Shown: positions 31,836-45,650, numbered from the stretch's first letter. The stretch is DNA of 64,000 bases from an uncultured Chloroflexia bacterium (GCA_963774265.1 CAVZDU010000006.1:160001-224000); one strand, 5' to 3'. Notes: generated by a model not told the origin, from the sequence alone. Program-made: numbers and translations.

Positions 31836-34335
31836 GTGACAAGCACGCATCTGCCAGTGCAACTGACCAGCTTCGTCGGACGGCGGCGCGAGATCGTCGA
31901 AGTCGAACGCTTGCTATCGTCTTCACATCTCGTCACCCTCACGGGCGCGAGCGGCTGCGGCAAGACGCGGCTCGCCTTGCAGGTTGCGGGCGCGCTCGAG
32001 CGCGACCTTCACTGATGGGGTCTGGTTGGTCGAACTCGCAGCGCTTCGCGATGCGGCGCTCGTGCCAGACTTCGTCAGCCAGGCACTCGGCGTGCATCCA
32101 ATTCTCAACCAGCCTGTCGACGAGCTACTCCTGAGCCATGTGCGGACCCGGCGGATGCTGCTCGTTCTCGACAACTGCGAACATCTGATCGCCTCCTGCG
32201 CGGGACTTAGCCAGGCGATGCTGTCCGTTGCGCCCAATCTGACGATTCTCGCCACCAGCCGCGAGCCGCTCGCCATCACGGGCGAAACGCTCTACCACGT
32301 GTCGTCGCTCTCCCTGCCGCCCAACGCGCAATCGAACCCGGATCAGGTGTCCCGATCCACTGCCCTCACCCTACCGGATGTGAGCGGCTATGAGGCAATT
32401 CAACTGTTTGTCGAACGCACGAGAGCCATCCTGTCCGACTTTGCTTTGACTCCAGAGAACACCACGTCGATCGTCAGTATCTGCCGCCGCCTCGACGGCA
32501 TCCCACTGGCCATCGAGCTGGCAAGTGCCCGCACCAGCGTATTGACGGTGCAGCAGATCGCGGAGCGGCTCGACGACCGGTTCGCTTTCCTCGTCTCGAG
32601 CCAGCGCACGACTCCCGTCCCCCATCACCGCACCCTGCGCACGGCGATCGACTGGAGCTACGATCTGCTCACTTCGGAGGAGCAGGTCTTGCTGCGCCGC
32701 CTGGCGGTCTTTGCCGCGGGCTTCACGCTGGACACGGTCGCAGGCATTTGCGGCGGTGACGGAGTGGCGCCCTGCGGTGAGGAGGGGCGGACCCTCGACC
32801 TGCTCTCGTCCCTGGTCAACAAATCGCTCATCGTCGCCAACACACTGGGGCGCACCGAGGCGCGTTACCGCCTGCTCGAATCCATCCGCGACTATGCGCT
32901 CGAGAAGATGAGCCAGGCCGGCGAGGCGGCGCGGTTGCGCGACCGCCACCTGGATCTGTTCGTCGCCCGCGCCGAAGAGGCCGCTCCGAGGCTGGGCGAC
33001 GCGTACCAGCAGCTCTGGCTGGCCTGGCTGGAAGGCGAGCACGACAACCTGCGCGCCGCCCTGGCCTGGTCGCTGGAGAGCGGTCGCATCGAGGCAGGAC
33101 TGCGGATCGCTAATGCACTCGTTCGATTCTGGGAGATCCGGGGGCATGTACAGGAAGGACTGGCATGGTTCGAGCGTTTGCTCACCCGGGCCGATGATGG
33201 CGTCACCCTGGCAGTCCGCGTGAACGCCTACACCTTTGCCTCATTTATGGAGATGTTCCTGGGGCACGCACCGGCAAGCACGGCCTATGCGCGAGCAGCG
33301 GTTGACCTGGCCGAGACGGACGGACGCAGGAGATCCGGCCCTCCTGGCATTCGCCCTGGCCGGCCTTGCTTCCGCCGCGCGCACGGCAGGTGACTATCGT
33401 ACCGCGTTTTCTGTGGCGGACCGCATCATACCCATCTATCGCGAAATCGGGCCGCCATTTCACTTGGGCATGGCGCTGCTTTCACAAGGAGGCTTGGCGA
33501 TTGAACTCGGCGCCTATGACACCGCCCGCGCTTTGCTGGAGGAGAGCCTCGCGCTGGCGCGTGAGAGCGGGCGATGCGTTTCGGGCCGGGCACGCACTGA
33601 ACTCCCTCGGCGACCTGGCGCGCTGCAAGCAGGATTATTCTGCGGCCAAAACCGCGTACGAGGAAAGCGTGGCGCTGCTGCGCGAAGTCGGCGCACAACG
33701 CGACCTGGCCTCGGCGCTGGGCAATTTTGGACACGCTTGCTTGCACCTGGGCGATGTCGAGCGTGCCCATGCCCTGTTCGGTGAGAGCATGGCAGCACAC
33801 CAGGCGCAGCAGAACGAGCCGGGTATGGCAGAATCCCTCGTTGGCTTCGCGGCGACTGCGATCGCGCGCGGCTTACCCGCGGCCGGCGTGCGCCTGCTCG
33901 CGGCTGCCGCGGCGACGAGCGAACAGCATGTCACGTCTGCATGGCCCGCGACACGAACCGAGTACGCCCACTATCTAGCACTCGCACGCGCCGGGCTCAC
34001 CGAGGCGGAATTCCGCGGCGGAAGAAGCGACGGGACGCGTCCTATCCCTCGAACAGGCAGTAGACTACGCGTTGAATCTGCCGCTCAAATCAGGCGCAAC
34101 ACCGGCGAGCAGGACAGAGCGGGACGAGCGGGACGAGCTGACCGAGCGGGAGCGCGAAGTCACCGCGCTCATTGCAGCCGGCAGGTCGAACGGCGAGATT
34201 GCCGATGATCTGGTGCTGAGCAAGCGCACCGTCGAGAAACACATCAGCAGTATCTTCTCGAAATTGGGGATGACTCACCGTGGCCAAATCGTGCAGTGGG
34301 CCATCGAACAGGGGCTGACCCGCGTCGCTCGGTGA
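31836..34335 (+). CDS. STAND ATPase (NB-ARC-like)-TPR-LuxR HTH regulator (about four frameshifts)
   Basis: [48 protein letters not shown], TPRs, [22 protein letters not shown]...RTVEKH. Confidence 0.88.
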
Positions 34336-34421
34336 GCATCTGCCAGCCGAACTCCTCCTGACGTCGCAACGACTGTCTTCCTTATAAGCGATCACCACTA
34401 CTATTGCACAAGTGAATTACG

Positions 34422-34440
34422 ATACGTGTACGAATACGTG
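34422..34440 (+). promoter_or_regulatory. Direct repeat ATACGTG x2, candidate operator
   Basis: Copies at 34422 and 34434, between the LuxR gene and the GT1 gene. Confidence 0.35.
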
Positions 34441-34544
34441 CGCGCACGCATGACATTCCGACCCCCTTCCTCCATACTATCCTCGTAACACAAGAAACGC
34501 GCAGGCCACGTTGGAATAGGCGTGGCGCAAGGGAAGGGACACCG

Positions 34545-35819
34545 ATGAATATTCTTTTCGCGACCATGCCATTTGACGGTCACTTCAACCCGCTCACCGG
34601 CATCGCCATGCACCTCAAGGACGCCGGTCATGACGTGCGCTGGTATGCGGGGCTGAGCTACACCGAGAAGCTGCAACGGCTCGGAATCCCGCACTTCCCG
34701 TACCGCCGGGCAATTGAGATCAACCAGGACAACATCGCCGAACTCTTCCCGGAGCGCGCCAAGCTGCGCGGCATGGCGTTCCTGAGGTTTGACGGCGAGA
34801 TAATCTTCGCCAGCAACTCCGAGAACTTCTTCCTGGACGTCCAGGAAATCGACGCGGCATTCCCCTTCGATGTGCTCTTTTGCGATGCCGCCTTCTACGC
34901 CATGAAGCTTGTCAAGGAGAAGCTGGGCAAGCGGGTGTGCTCGGTCGATGTGGGCCCATCACTGGAAAGCTCGGTGGACACGCCACCCAACTTCGTTGGC
35001 CTGAAGCCGGCCAAGACCACAGCCGGCCGGCTCGTCCACCGGGGGATGAAGGCGGTGATGGAGCGGATGGTGATGGACGGACCGAAGCGCATCTACAATA
35101 GCATGTTGGCCGCGCAGGGGCTTGCGCCCATCGACGGGACGCTGTTCGACGTCTCGTACCAGAGCCCGGACGTCTCGTTTCAAAATGGGGTGCCGAGTTT
35201 TGCATATCCGCGGCGCGAGCACAACCCAAAGACCAAATTCGTCGGTGCGCTGCTCCCGCACAAAGGGGCCATCACCCGGGCCTTCGCACAGCCCGAGAAG
35301 CTCGACAAGTACAAGCCCGTGATCCTGATCTCCCAGGGCACCGTCGATAACAAAGACCCGGGCAAGCTGATCGTGCCCGCGCTGGAAGCCCTGAAGGACA
35401 CAAGCGCCCTGCTCGTCGTCACCACCGGCCATGGCGACACCGCTGGACTGCGGCAGCGCTATCCGCAGGACAACATCATCGTCGAGGATTTCGTCGACTT
35501 CGACTTTATCTTCAACCACACGGATCTGTTTATCACGAACGGCGGCTACGGGAGCGTCCTGCTCAGCCTGAGCAAGGGCGTCCCGGTGCTTGGAGCGGGC
35601 GTCAAGGAGGGCAAGAACGACGTCAACGCGCATGTGGACTACTTCAAGGTTGGCATCGATCTACGCACCGAGAATCCCAAGCCCGACGCCATCCGGCGGG
35701 CGACCGCCAGGCTTCTGAGCGAACCTCAGTGGAAGCAAAATGCAGCACGGCTGTGCGACGAATTCGAGCGCTCCGATCCGTACCCAATGATCGACGCTTA
35801 TCTTGCAGGCATCAACTAA
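34545..35819 (+). CDS. Family 1 (UDP-sugar) glycosyltransferase, small-molecule type
   Basis: DGHFNPLTGIA (catalytic His), SQGTVDN, FITNGGYGSVLLSLSKGVP, EGKNDVNA. Confidence 0.9.
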   Translation: MNILFATMPFDGHFNPLTGIAMHLKDAGHDVRWYAGLSYTEKLQRLGIPHFPYRRAIEINQDNIAELFPERAKLRGMAFLRFDGEIIFASNSENFFLDVQEIDAAFPFDVLFCDAAFYAMKLVKEKLGKRVCSVDVGPSLESSVDTPPNFVGLKPAKTTAGRLVHRGMKAVMERMVMDGPKRIYNSMLAAQGLAPIDGTLFDVSYQSPDVSFQNGVPSFAYPRREHNPKTKFVGALLPHKGAITRAFAQPEKLDKYKPVILISQGTVDNKDPGKLIVPALEALKDTSALLVVTTGHGDTAGLRQRYPQDNIIVEDFVDFDFIFNHTDLFITNGGYGSVLLSLSKGVPVLGAGVKEGKNDVNAHVDYFKVGIDLRTENPKPDAIRRATARLLSEPQWKQNAARLCDEFERSDPYPMIDAYLAGIN

Positions 35820-35832
35820 TAGGAGAGACACC

Positions 35833-36258
35833 ATGTCAATCGAACAGAACAAAGCCTTAGTTCGCCGATTCGACGACCTGATCAACGCACACGATGTGGC
35901 TGGGGCCTTCGCCCTGTGCAGCTCCAACTTTGTCGATCACGGACTACCTCCGGGAACGCCGCCCGGGGTCGAGAGCAGCCGCCGTTTCTTCGAGGGGCAG
36001 TTCGCGGCGTTCCCCGATCTGCAGGCCACCATGACGGATATCGTCGCCGAAGGCGACAGAGTCGTTATCCGCATGACGGTCGAAGGCACCCACCAGGGGC
36101 TGCTGATGGGCATCCCTCCGACCGGGAAGCATGTGAAGTGGAGTTTGATCAGCATTCACCGGATCGCGGACGGTAAGATCGCCGAGCATTGGGGTGAGAA
36201 CGACACCATGGGCCTCATGCAGCAACTGGGCGTCATTCCGCCGCCTCGGGCTGCATAA
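35833..36258 (+). CDS. SnoaL-like ester cyclase (NTF2 fold)
   Basis: AFPDL...AEGDRV...GTHQG.LMGIPPTGK...DGKIAEHW. Confidence 0.9.
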   Translation: MSIEQNKALVRRFDDLINAHDVAGAFALCSSNFVDHGLPPGTPPGVESSRRFFEGQFAAFPDLQATMTDIVAEGDRVVIRMTVEGTHQGLLMGIPPTGKHVKWSLISIHRIADGKIAEHWGENDTMGLMQQLGVIPPPRAA

Positions 36259-36269
36259 GCAGTACGTTC

Positions 36270-36305
36270 GAGACCCTGAGGAATTTCGAAAACCCTCAGG
36301 GTCTC
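36270..36305. repeat. REP-like palindrome
   Basis: gagaccctgagg-aatttcgaaaac-cctcagggtctc. Confidence 0.7.
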
Positions 36306-36466
36306 AATCGCGCCAACCCGACCAGGACGACCACCTCGGCGACCTCGACGAGAGTGGTGAACAGGCTCAGGGGCGTGACCGGCAGGACGACGTTGGCAGC
36401 CGGGCCAACGAACGGAACGCCCAGGGTGCGCGTCAGAACATACAGCACGATAATCGCGGCGTTGTG
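36296..36466 (-). pseudogene. C-terminal remnant of a membrane protein
   Basis: NAAIIVLYVLTRTLGVPFVGPAANVVLPVTPLSLFTTLVEVAEVVVLVGL; no plausible start. Confidence 0.4.
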
Positions 36467-36501
36467 GAGGTGGCACGGTATAGGCTGCTTTGTTAGGGGG
36501 G

Positions 36502-37083
36502 TTACGGCTGGTCGAACATCACCCGAATATTCTGCTCGGCCAGCTCCACCGTGCGCGCGATGCGCCTGGCGCGCGTCTCCGGCCGCTTGGCGGAGGCGAT
36601 GAAGTAGAGGATGCCCTTTTTGACCGATGTGCTGAAGCCATTCCAATACTGCTCTGCCGCAGAATTGGCTGCCAGGCTCGCGGCGAAATCCTCAGGCACG
36701 GCCAGCTCGTCGATCGCATCGTGGGCTGTCCACGTGCCGTTTGCCTTCGCGATCTCGATGGCCGCGAGCCCGGCGGGCATCATCAGCCCCTGCTCGATCA
36801 GCCGCGCCACCCGCTCCTTGTTGCTCCTCGCCCAGATGCTCTTCGGTTTGCGCGGGGTAAAGATCTGCTTGAAACGGGTCGCGTCGAGGGTGGTGGTCTT
36901 GCTGTCGATCCAGCCGAAGCAGAGCGCCTCCTCCACCGCGTCTTCGTAAGACACTCCGGGCTCCACACTGTTCTTCTTGTGGATGATCAGCCATACCCCG
37001 GGAGAGGACGCGTGATGCTCGGCAAGCCACGCGCGCCAGGCCGCGTGGTCGGGGACCTGAACAGTGTCGAATGCCGCCTGCAT
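36502..37083 (-). CDS. YdeI/OmpD-associated family protein
   Basis: WRAWLAEHH, EALCFGWIDS, FTPRKPKSIW, AKRPETRARRI. Confidence 0.9.
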   Translation of the reverse strand: MQAAFDTVQVPDHAAWRAWLAEHHASSPGVWLIIHKKNSVEPGVSYEDAVEEALCFGWIDSKTTTLDATRFKQIFTPRKPKSIWARSNKERVARLIEQGLMMPAGLAAIEIAKANGTWTAHDAIDELAVPEDFAASLAANSAAEQYWNGFSTSVKKGILYFIASAKRPETRARRIARTVELAEQNIRVMFDQP

Positions 37084-37109
37084 AGTCGTATTATAACTCA
37101 ATCGCTTCC

Positions 37110-37134
37110 GCAACCTGCAGACAGCTGCAGCGTA
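37110..37134 (+). promoter_or_regulatory. Putative ECF sigma promoter
   Basis: GCAACC-N15-CGTA upstream of the acyltransferase. Confidence 0.35.
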
Positions 37135-37221
37135 TAGCTTCACATCAGATGTAAGATCCCAGCCCGGCATGCCACCTCGTGCAGCGGATCTCTGCTGCAG
37201 AAACAGGAGTAGTTCGAGTTG

Positions 37222-38319
37222 ATGCAGCCCGCCATGGTTTCGTCACCGCTCCGCGCGGGGGTGGCGACCGCGACCCGCCGCCTCCTGTTCTTCGACAACC
37301 TGCGCGTGGTCTTGATGATCATGGTCATCATGCACCACGTCGGCCAGGCATACGGTCCGACGGGCGGCGAGTGGCTCATCCAGGAGCCAAACCGCGCGGC
37401 CATCCTCGGGCCGTTCTTCACGGTCAATCGCTCGTTCGGCATGAGCCTGTTCTTCATGATCGCGGGCTATTTCACGGTCATCGCCTGCGATCGCAAGGGA
37501 CCGCTCCCTTTTCTCAAGGATCGCCTCGTGCGGCTTGGCATCCCCCTGTTGGTCTGGGTCGCGATGATGGAGCTGATCCAGGGCTTGATTGAGCGAAGGC
37601 TGATTTGGCCGGTCGAGATCGGTCACTTGTGGTTCGTGCAGCACCTGCTGATCTACAGCGTGGCCTACGCCGGTTGGCGGATGATCAGGCCTGGTCGCGC
37701 CGCTCCAGACACCCCGCCCGGCCACGCACCGGCCTGGTGGCGCATCGTGGCCTTTGCGCTCGGCCTGGCCTTTGTTTCGGCCGTTGTCCGCATCTGGTAC
37801 CCCATCGACCGGTGGGTCTACTTGCTTGGTTTTGTACGGGTGGCATTTGCGGACGTGCCGCGTGACCTCAGTCTTTTCGTCATCGGCGCGGTGGCCTACC
37901 GCCGGGGCTGGGTGTTGGGCTTCCCAACACGGGCTGGGCGGGCATGGCTGATCCTGGGTCTGCTCCTGGCCGCCTTGTGGTATGTGTACGCGCTAACGTT
38001 GCCCGAAGGGTTGCCCATGAGCGATGTTGCGGGAGGGCTGAGCTACGCGGTGTGGGAGTCGCTGCTGTGTATCAGCATGTGCATCGGCCTGACCGTGCTT
38101 TTCCGTGACCATTTCGCCGGGCAAAGCGGGCTGGGCAAGAAGCTGGCGCAGGCCCAATACACCGCGTACGTGTTTCACATCCCGGTGGTCTTGCTGTTCC
38201 AGTGGCTGGCGCTCGGCCTGGCAGCCGCACCGTTCGTCAAATTCGTCCTGGTGAGCCTGGTCACCGTGCCCGTGACGTTCTTCGTCAGCTATTGGATCAG
38301 GAAGCCGCTGAGGATGTAG
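37222..38319 (+). CDS. Acyltransferase family 3 (OpgC-like)
   Basis: FDNLRV...HH, MSLFFMIAGYF, KDRLVRLGIP, GHLWFV. Confidence 0.9.
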   Translation: MQPAMVSSPLRAGVATATRRLLFFDNLRVVLMIMVIMHHVGQAYGPTGGEWLIQEPNRAAILGPFFTVNRSFGMSLFFMIAGYFTVIACDRKGPLPFLKDRLVRLGIPLLVWVAMMELIQGLIERRLIWPVEIGHLWFVQHLLIYSVAYAGWRMIRPGRAAPDTPPGHAPAWWRIVAFALGLAFVSAVVRIWYPIDRWVYLLGFVRVAFADVPRDLSLFVIGAVAYRRGWVLGFPTRAGRAWLILGLLLAALWYVYALTLPEGLPMSDVAGGLSYAVWESLLCISMCIGLTVLFRDHFAGQSGLGKKLAQAQYTAYVFHIPVVLLFQWLALGLAAAPFVKFVLVSLVTVPVTFFVSYWIRKPLRM

Positions 38320-38325
38320 ATCCTC

Positions 38326-38865
38326 TCACATCATGCCCCGCGCGGCCTGATCCGTGCTCGGCCGCCCTCTCGAATATAACAGGAATGGGCCCTTATCGTC
38401 GCTTCCTTCTTTTTCGAAGACCATGCCGATTTTCGTTGCCACCTTGATCGAGGCCAGATTCTCACGATCAACCAAGCAGACTAGACGCGGCAGCCGGAGC
38501 TGTTCGAAGCCATAGGCGAGAATAGCCTGAGCTGCTTCTGTTCCCAATCCCTGTCCCCAGTACGCCTGGGCCAGCGTGTAGGCCACTTCAACTTCCGGTC
38601 GCCCATCGATCGTCCACGGCAGCAAGCCACACCGCCCGATGAATCGATTCGTTTCTTTGTGGATGGTCGCCCAAAGTCCTAGTTCAGGATGGTCTGGATG
38701 TCCATTCATATGCCACTCCAGCTCTTCCCGGGCCTCTTCGTAAGTGCGGGGAGCGTCGGGTATGTATGTGATCACATGAGGATCACAATAGAGCGCAAAC
38801 AGGTCATCGAGGTCGCCCGGCGCCAGGTGTCGAAGAATCAGTCTCCTGGTTTCCATAATTATCAT
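38326..38865 (-). CDS. GNAT acetyltransferase (RimJ/RimL-like)
   Basis: ETRRLILR, YWGQGLGTEAA, NLASIKVATKIGM. Confidence 0.88.
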   Translation of the reverse strand: MIIMETRRLILRHLAPGDLDDLFALYCDPHVITYIPDAPRTYEEAREELEWHMNGHPDHPELGLWATIHKETNRFIGRCGLLPWTIDGRPEVEVAYTLAQAYWGQGLGTEAAQAILAYGFEQLRLPRLVCLVDRENLASIKVATKIGMVFEKEGSDDKGPFLLYSRGRPSTDQAARGMM

Positions 38866-39082
38866 CTGCTGTAATCGAACCCTTCTCCCAGTCACAACAA
38901 GTATACCAAAAAGATATAAAGAGGTGCAAGTATAGGACAAATAGTTTCTCCGGCCTGGCTGTCTCGAATCTATCATTTGACCGATGCATTTTCAGCGGTC
39001 CGGATGCATCATATAGACCAGAAGGGAAGATGAGGCATGTCAGTCTCTATGGCCTCAAGTTAACCATTCCCTCAGGGCGCCG

Positions 39083-39445
39083 ATGCTGGCACTAGCTGTA
39101 GCAAATGACCTTTTGCGCCGCGAAAGTCTGCGGGCGATGCTGATTGCGTTGGCAGGTGCGGACACAATCGACGCAGTTGACTGTGAGGCCGCGCGCCGGG
39201 TGATGGTGGCAGCTGAGCCGGACCTGGTGGTGGTCGACGGGGGCCTGCCGCTGGACGAGATGCTGTGCCTGGTGGAAGAAGTGGCACGGCAGCGGCCTCT
39301 CGTGCAATGTGCGGTGTTGAAAGTCGAGTTGTCGCAGCGTGCGGCACTGGAGGCGGCGGGCGCCGGGTTCATCGTGCTCGAAGGGGAACCGCCCGATCGG
39401 TTCTTCGATCAAATGATAAAGTGGTTCGCGGCCGCGGATCAATAA
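39083..39445 (+). CDS. Stand-alone receiver-like protein
   Basis: PDLVVVDGGL, AALEAAGA; atypical receiver. Confidence 0.5.
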   Translation: MLALAVANDLLRRESLRAMLIALAGADTIDAVDCEAARRVMVAAEPDLVVVDGGLPLDEMLCLVEEVARQRPLVQCAVLKVELSQRAALEAAGAGFIVLEGEPPDRFFDQMIKWFAAADQ

Positions 39446-39455
39446 GGAGGATCGC

Positions 39456-39841
39456 ATGCGCATCAATTTGAGCAGCGTCTTGGTTGACGATCAAGAGAAG
39501 GCTCTGCAATTCTATACGGAGGTGCTGGGGTTCGAGAAGATGGCCGACATCCCGATAGGCGACTACCGGTGGTTGACCGTCACCTCACCTGAGGGGGTGG
39601 AGGGGGTGGAGCTGGTCCTTGAGCCAATGGGATTTCCGCCCGCGGCACCTATCAAAAAGCCCTGTTCGACGCCGGAATTCCACTCACCGCGTTTATCACG
39701 AGCAATATGGAGGACGAATTCAGACGGCTCAAGGAGCGTGGGGTGGTCTTCCGCGGGGAGCCGAAAAGCATGGGGCCGATTATCGCGGTCATGTTCGAGG
39801 ACACCTGTGGCAACCTGATTCAACTTGTCCAGCCGGTCTGA
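39456..39841 (+). CDS. VOC/glyoxalase family protein (frameshift ~39643)
   Basis: VDDQEKALQFYTEVLGF, RWLTV, FEDTCGNLIQL. Confidence 0.88.
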
Positions 39842-39867
39842 AGCCCCGGAAATCCAAAAAGATTCTA

Positions 39868-39896
39868 TTGACCGGGATCCTGTCCCCTGCTAGAAT
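39868..39896 (+). promoter_or_regulatory. Sigma70-type promoter for SulP and possibly the downstream kinase array
   Basis: TTGACC-N17-TAGAAT. Confidence 0.65.
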
Positions 39897-39959
39897 GGCG
39901 CGTGACCGAATCACTTGTCGGGTTCCCTCGCTGTTGGCCAGGCCATCTGGAGATGACAT

Positions 39960-42194
39960 ATGCCTCGAACAGTGACCGGGCGGACCATGCTCTTGCGGAA
40001 AGGACGCTTCCCGTCTGAGAGTCTCCTCCCGGGCGTGGTCGCGGGGATCCTGGTTGGCACGACCGAAGTCATCATCGCCCTGTCGCTCGGCACCCTCATC
40101 TTCTCCGGTCCGCTGGCGCCCTATCTCCCCTACGGCGTTGGGATGGCGCTCATTTCTGCGACCATCCTGATGGCCGGCATTGCGTTGGTCAGCCGCATCC
40201 CCGCGGTGGTAGCCAGCGTACAGGACAGCCCAGCGGTTGTGCTGGCCGTGATGGCAGCCGGTCTCGCCGCAGCCCTCTCTGCCAGCGCGCCCGAGACCGT
40301 ACTGGCAACGGTGCTCGTCGCACTTGCCGTCGCCACCACCCTGACAGGCTGCACCTGCCTGGCTCTCGGCTACTTCAAGCTGGGCAAACTGGTGCGCTTC
40401 GTTCCTTACCCGGTCATCGGCGGCTTCCTGGCCGGCACCGGCTGGCTGCTGGTGACCGGGTCGTTCGGGGTCATGTCCGACTATGCGCTGACCTGGCGCA
40501 ATATCCCGGCGCTGCTCGATCCGCAGCAACTGGTCCTGTGGGGACCCGGCCTCGCCATCGCCTTGCTGCTCTTCTTCGGCCTCCGGCGCATTCGCCACCT
40601 TCTTGCCCTGCCCGCGCTCCTGGCAGGCTCGCTGGCACTTTTCTTCTTCGTTCTCTGGGCTAGCGGCACCTCACTCCAGGCCGCCATCCAGCGCGGCCTG
40701 CTATTGGGGACCGCCAGCCAGGGGACCATCTCGCATCCCCTGGCCGCGGGCCGTCTCCTGGCTGTCGATTGGCCCGCGATCGCGACCCAGGCCGGCAATA
40801 TCGCGATCGTCATCGCACTGAGTGTGATCAGTCTGCTGCTCAATGCTTCAGCTCTGGAGTTGGCCGTCGGCCAGGATGTTGACCTGAACCATGAACTCAA
40901 GGCGGCGGGCTTCGCCGGCATCGCCTCGGGCCTAGCGGGCGGGCTTGTCGGCTATCAGACGCTCAGCCTGACCGCGCTCGCACATCGCATGGGCGCCCGG
41001 GACCGCCTGCCGGGATTGGTTGCGGCCGCTCTGTGCGCGGCCATCCTGCTGGCTGGCTCCAGCCTGCTGGCCTACGTGCCGAAGGCCATCCTCGGCGGTC
41101 TGCTGCTTTTCCTGGGCCTGGACTTTCTCGTCGAGTGGCTCGTGCGGGGCTGGAAGAGGCTCTCACGCGTTGACTACGCGGTCGTCGTGCTGATTCTTGG
41201 CGTCATCGCGGTCGCGGGCTTCCTGCTCGGCGTCGCCGTTGGGCTGCTGGTGATGGTGATCCTCTTTGTGCTCGACTACAGCCGGATGGGCGCGGTTCAC
41301 CTGGCCTTGTCCGGTTCGCAGCGCCGGAGCAACGTCGAACGCTGCACGTATCACCGGCAGGTGTTGGCAGACGATTTGGGGAAACGGATCTACATCCTTG
41401 AGCTGCAAGGTTTCATCTTCTTCGGAACGGCCACTGCGGTCCTGGACAAGATCCGGGCGCGGCTCACCGACAAGGCCCAACCGCTCGTGCGCTACATAAT
41501 TCTGGACTTCCGCCGGGCCACCGGCCTGGATTCCTCCGGCGTGATCAGCTTCGTCAAGGGCGGGCAATCGGCGAGCACGCATGGCTGCACCCTGGTGCTG
41601 ACGCATCTGACAGAGGCAATGCGCCGTCGTTTCAGCCTCGACGGCATCGTAGACAATGCCGAAGGGGTGCGGATGTTCCCGGACCTCGACCGCGGCCTGG
41701 AATGGTGCGAAGACCAGCTCCTGGACAGCGAGGGCATCACCTTTATTCACGTGCCTGTCACGCTCAGCGCACAACTTGCCGACAGTGGGTTCGAGAAGAA
41801 GAAGACGACCCGGCTGCTGCCCTACCTGGAACGGGTCGACTTCGAGCAGGGCGATCGCCTGATGGTGCAGGGGGACGAGGCCGACGAGCTGTATTTCATC
41901 GAACAGGGCACGGTCTCGGTGTGTCTGGAACTGGATAACGGCGAGTGCGTGCGCCTCCAGACGCTGGGGCTGGGCACAGCGGTCGGCGAGCCGGGCATGT
42001 ACCTCGGCACGAAGTGCAGCGCTTCCGTGATCGCGGATTCGCCGGGCATCGCCTACCGGCTCACGCGGCAGGGGCTGGCGCAGATGGAGCAAGAGGACGC
42101 TGCTCTCGCCGCCAGCTTCCACCGGCTGGTCGCGCGCCTGCTATCCGAACGGCTGGTGGCCACCACGCGAACGTTGGAGGCGGTGTTGAAGTAG
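39960..42194 (+). CDS. SulP/SLC26 anion transporter with STAS and cNMP-binding-like domains
   Basis: LVRFVPYPVIGGFLAG, LQGFIFFGTA, LDFRRATGLDSSG, DELYFIEQG...VGE. Confidence 0.92.
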   Translation: MPRTVTGRTMLLRKGRFPSESLLPGVVAGILVGTTEVIIALSLGTLIFSGPLAPYLPYGVGMALISATILMAGIALVSRIPAVVASVQDSPAVVLAVMAAGLAAALSASAPETVLATVLVALAVATTLTGCTCLALGYFKLGKLVRFVPYPVIGGFLAGTGWLLVTGSFGVMSDYALTWRNIPALLDPQQLVLWGPGLAIALLLFFGLRRIRHLLALPALLAGSLALFFFVLWASGTSLQAAIQRGLLLGTASQGTISHPLAAGRLLAVDWPAIATQAGNIAIVIALSVISLLLNASALELAVGQDVDLNHELKAAGFAGIASGLAGGLVGYQTLSLTALAHRMGARDRLPGLVAAALCAAILLAGSSLLAYVPKAILGGLLLFLGLDFLVEWLVRGWKRLSRVDYAVVVLILGVIAVAGFLLGVAVGLLVMVILFVLDYSRMGAVHLALSGSQRRSNVERCTYHRQVLADDLGKRIYILELQGFIFFGTATAVLDKIRARLTDKAQPLVRYIILDFRRATGLDSSGVISFVKGGQSASTHGCTLVLTHLTEAMRRRFSLDGIVDNAEGVRMFPDLDRGLEWCEDQLLDSEGITFIHVPVTLSAQLADSGFEKKKTTRLLPYLERVDFEQGDRLMVQGDEADELYFIEQGTVSVCLELDNGECVRLQTLGLGTAVGEPGMYLGTKCSASVIADSPGIAYRLTRQGLAQMEQEDAALAASFHRLVARLLSERLVATTRTLEAVLK

Positions 42195-42270
42195 GGGCGA
42201 CCCTGCGTGGTCGCCCAGGGCATGCGAAAGCGTAGGGGCGACCCTGCGTGGTCGCCCAGGGCCTACGAAA
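42191..42270. repeat. Tandem pair of GTAG-type REP hairpins (41-bp period)
   Basis: gtaggggcgaccctgcgtggtcgcccagggc at 42191 and 42232. Confidence 0.8.
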
Positions 42271-42281
42271 GGTGCCGGGCC

Positions 42282-45232
<2,951 letters not shown>

Positions 45233-45272
45233 GTTGCACGGCTGGTGTGCCGTATGCCAGAAGGAGGACTCA

Positions 45273-45646
45273 ATGGCAAGCGAGCAGACAGTAGAGACCT
45301 TGAGGCAGTTCCTTGATGCGTTCAACCGGCACGACCTGGATGCCATTATGGCGTTCTTCGCAGAGGACTGCTCGATGGATTCGCCACGCGGCCCCCATCC
45401 CTGGGGCAAACGGCTCGTTGGAACAGACCAGGTGCGTGCAGGGTGCGCTGCTCGCTTCGCCGGCCTGCCGGACGCGCACTACGGCGAGGACCGCCACTGG
45501 GTCTGTGGGACCATGGGATTCTCCGAATGGACCCTCACGGGCACCACACCGTCCGGCGAGCATGTGGAGGTGCGAGGCACCGACCATCTCACATTCCGGG
45601 ACGGCAAGATCGTACGAAAGGATTCCTACTGGAAGATCGTCGAGAC

Positions 45647-45650
<4 letters not shown>
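45273..45650 (+). CDS. SnoaL-like NTF2 family protein
   Basis: FLDAFNRHDLDAIMAFFAEDC, SEWTLTGT, DGKIVRKDSYWK; TGA overlaps the next GTG. Confidence 0.9.

Noticed and set aside
42191-42270. Two 31-bp direct repeats as a mini-CRISPR
   Set aside because: Only two units, a 10-bp spacer, a GTAG-hairpin form typical of REPs, and no cas genes
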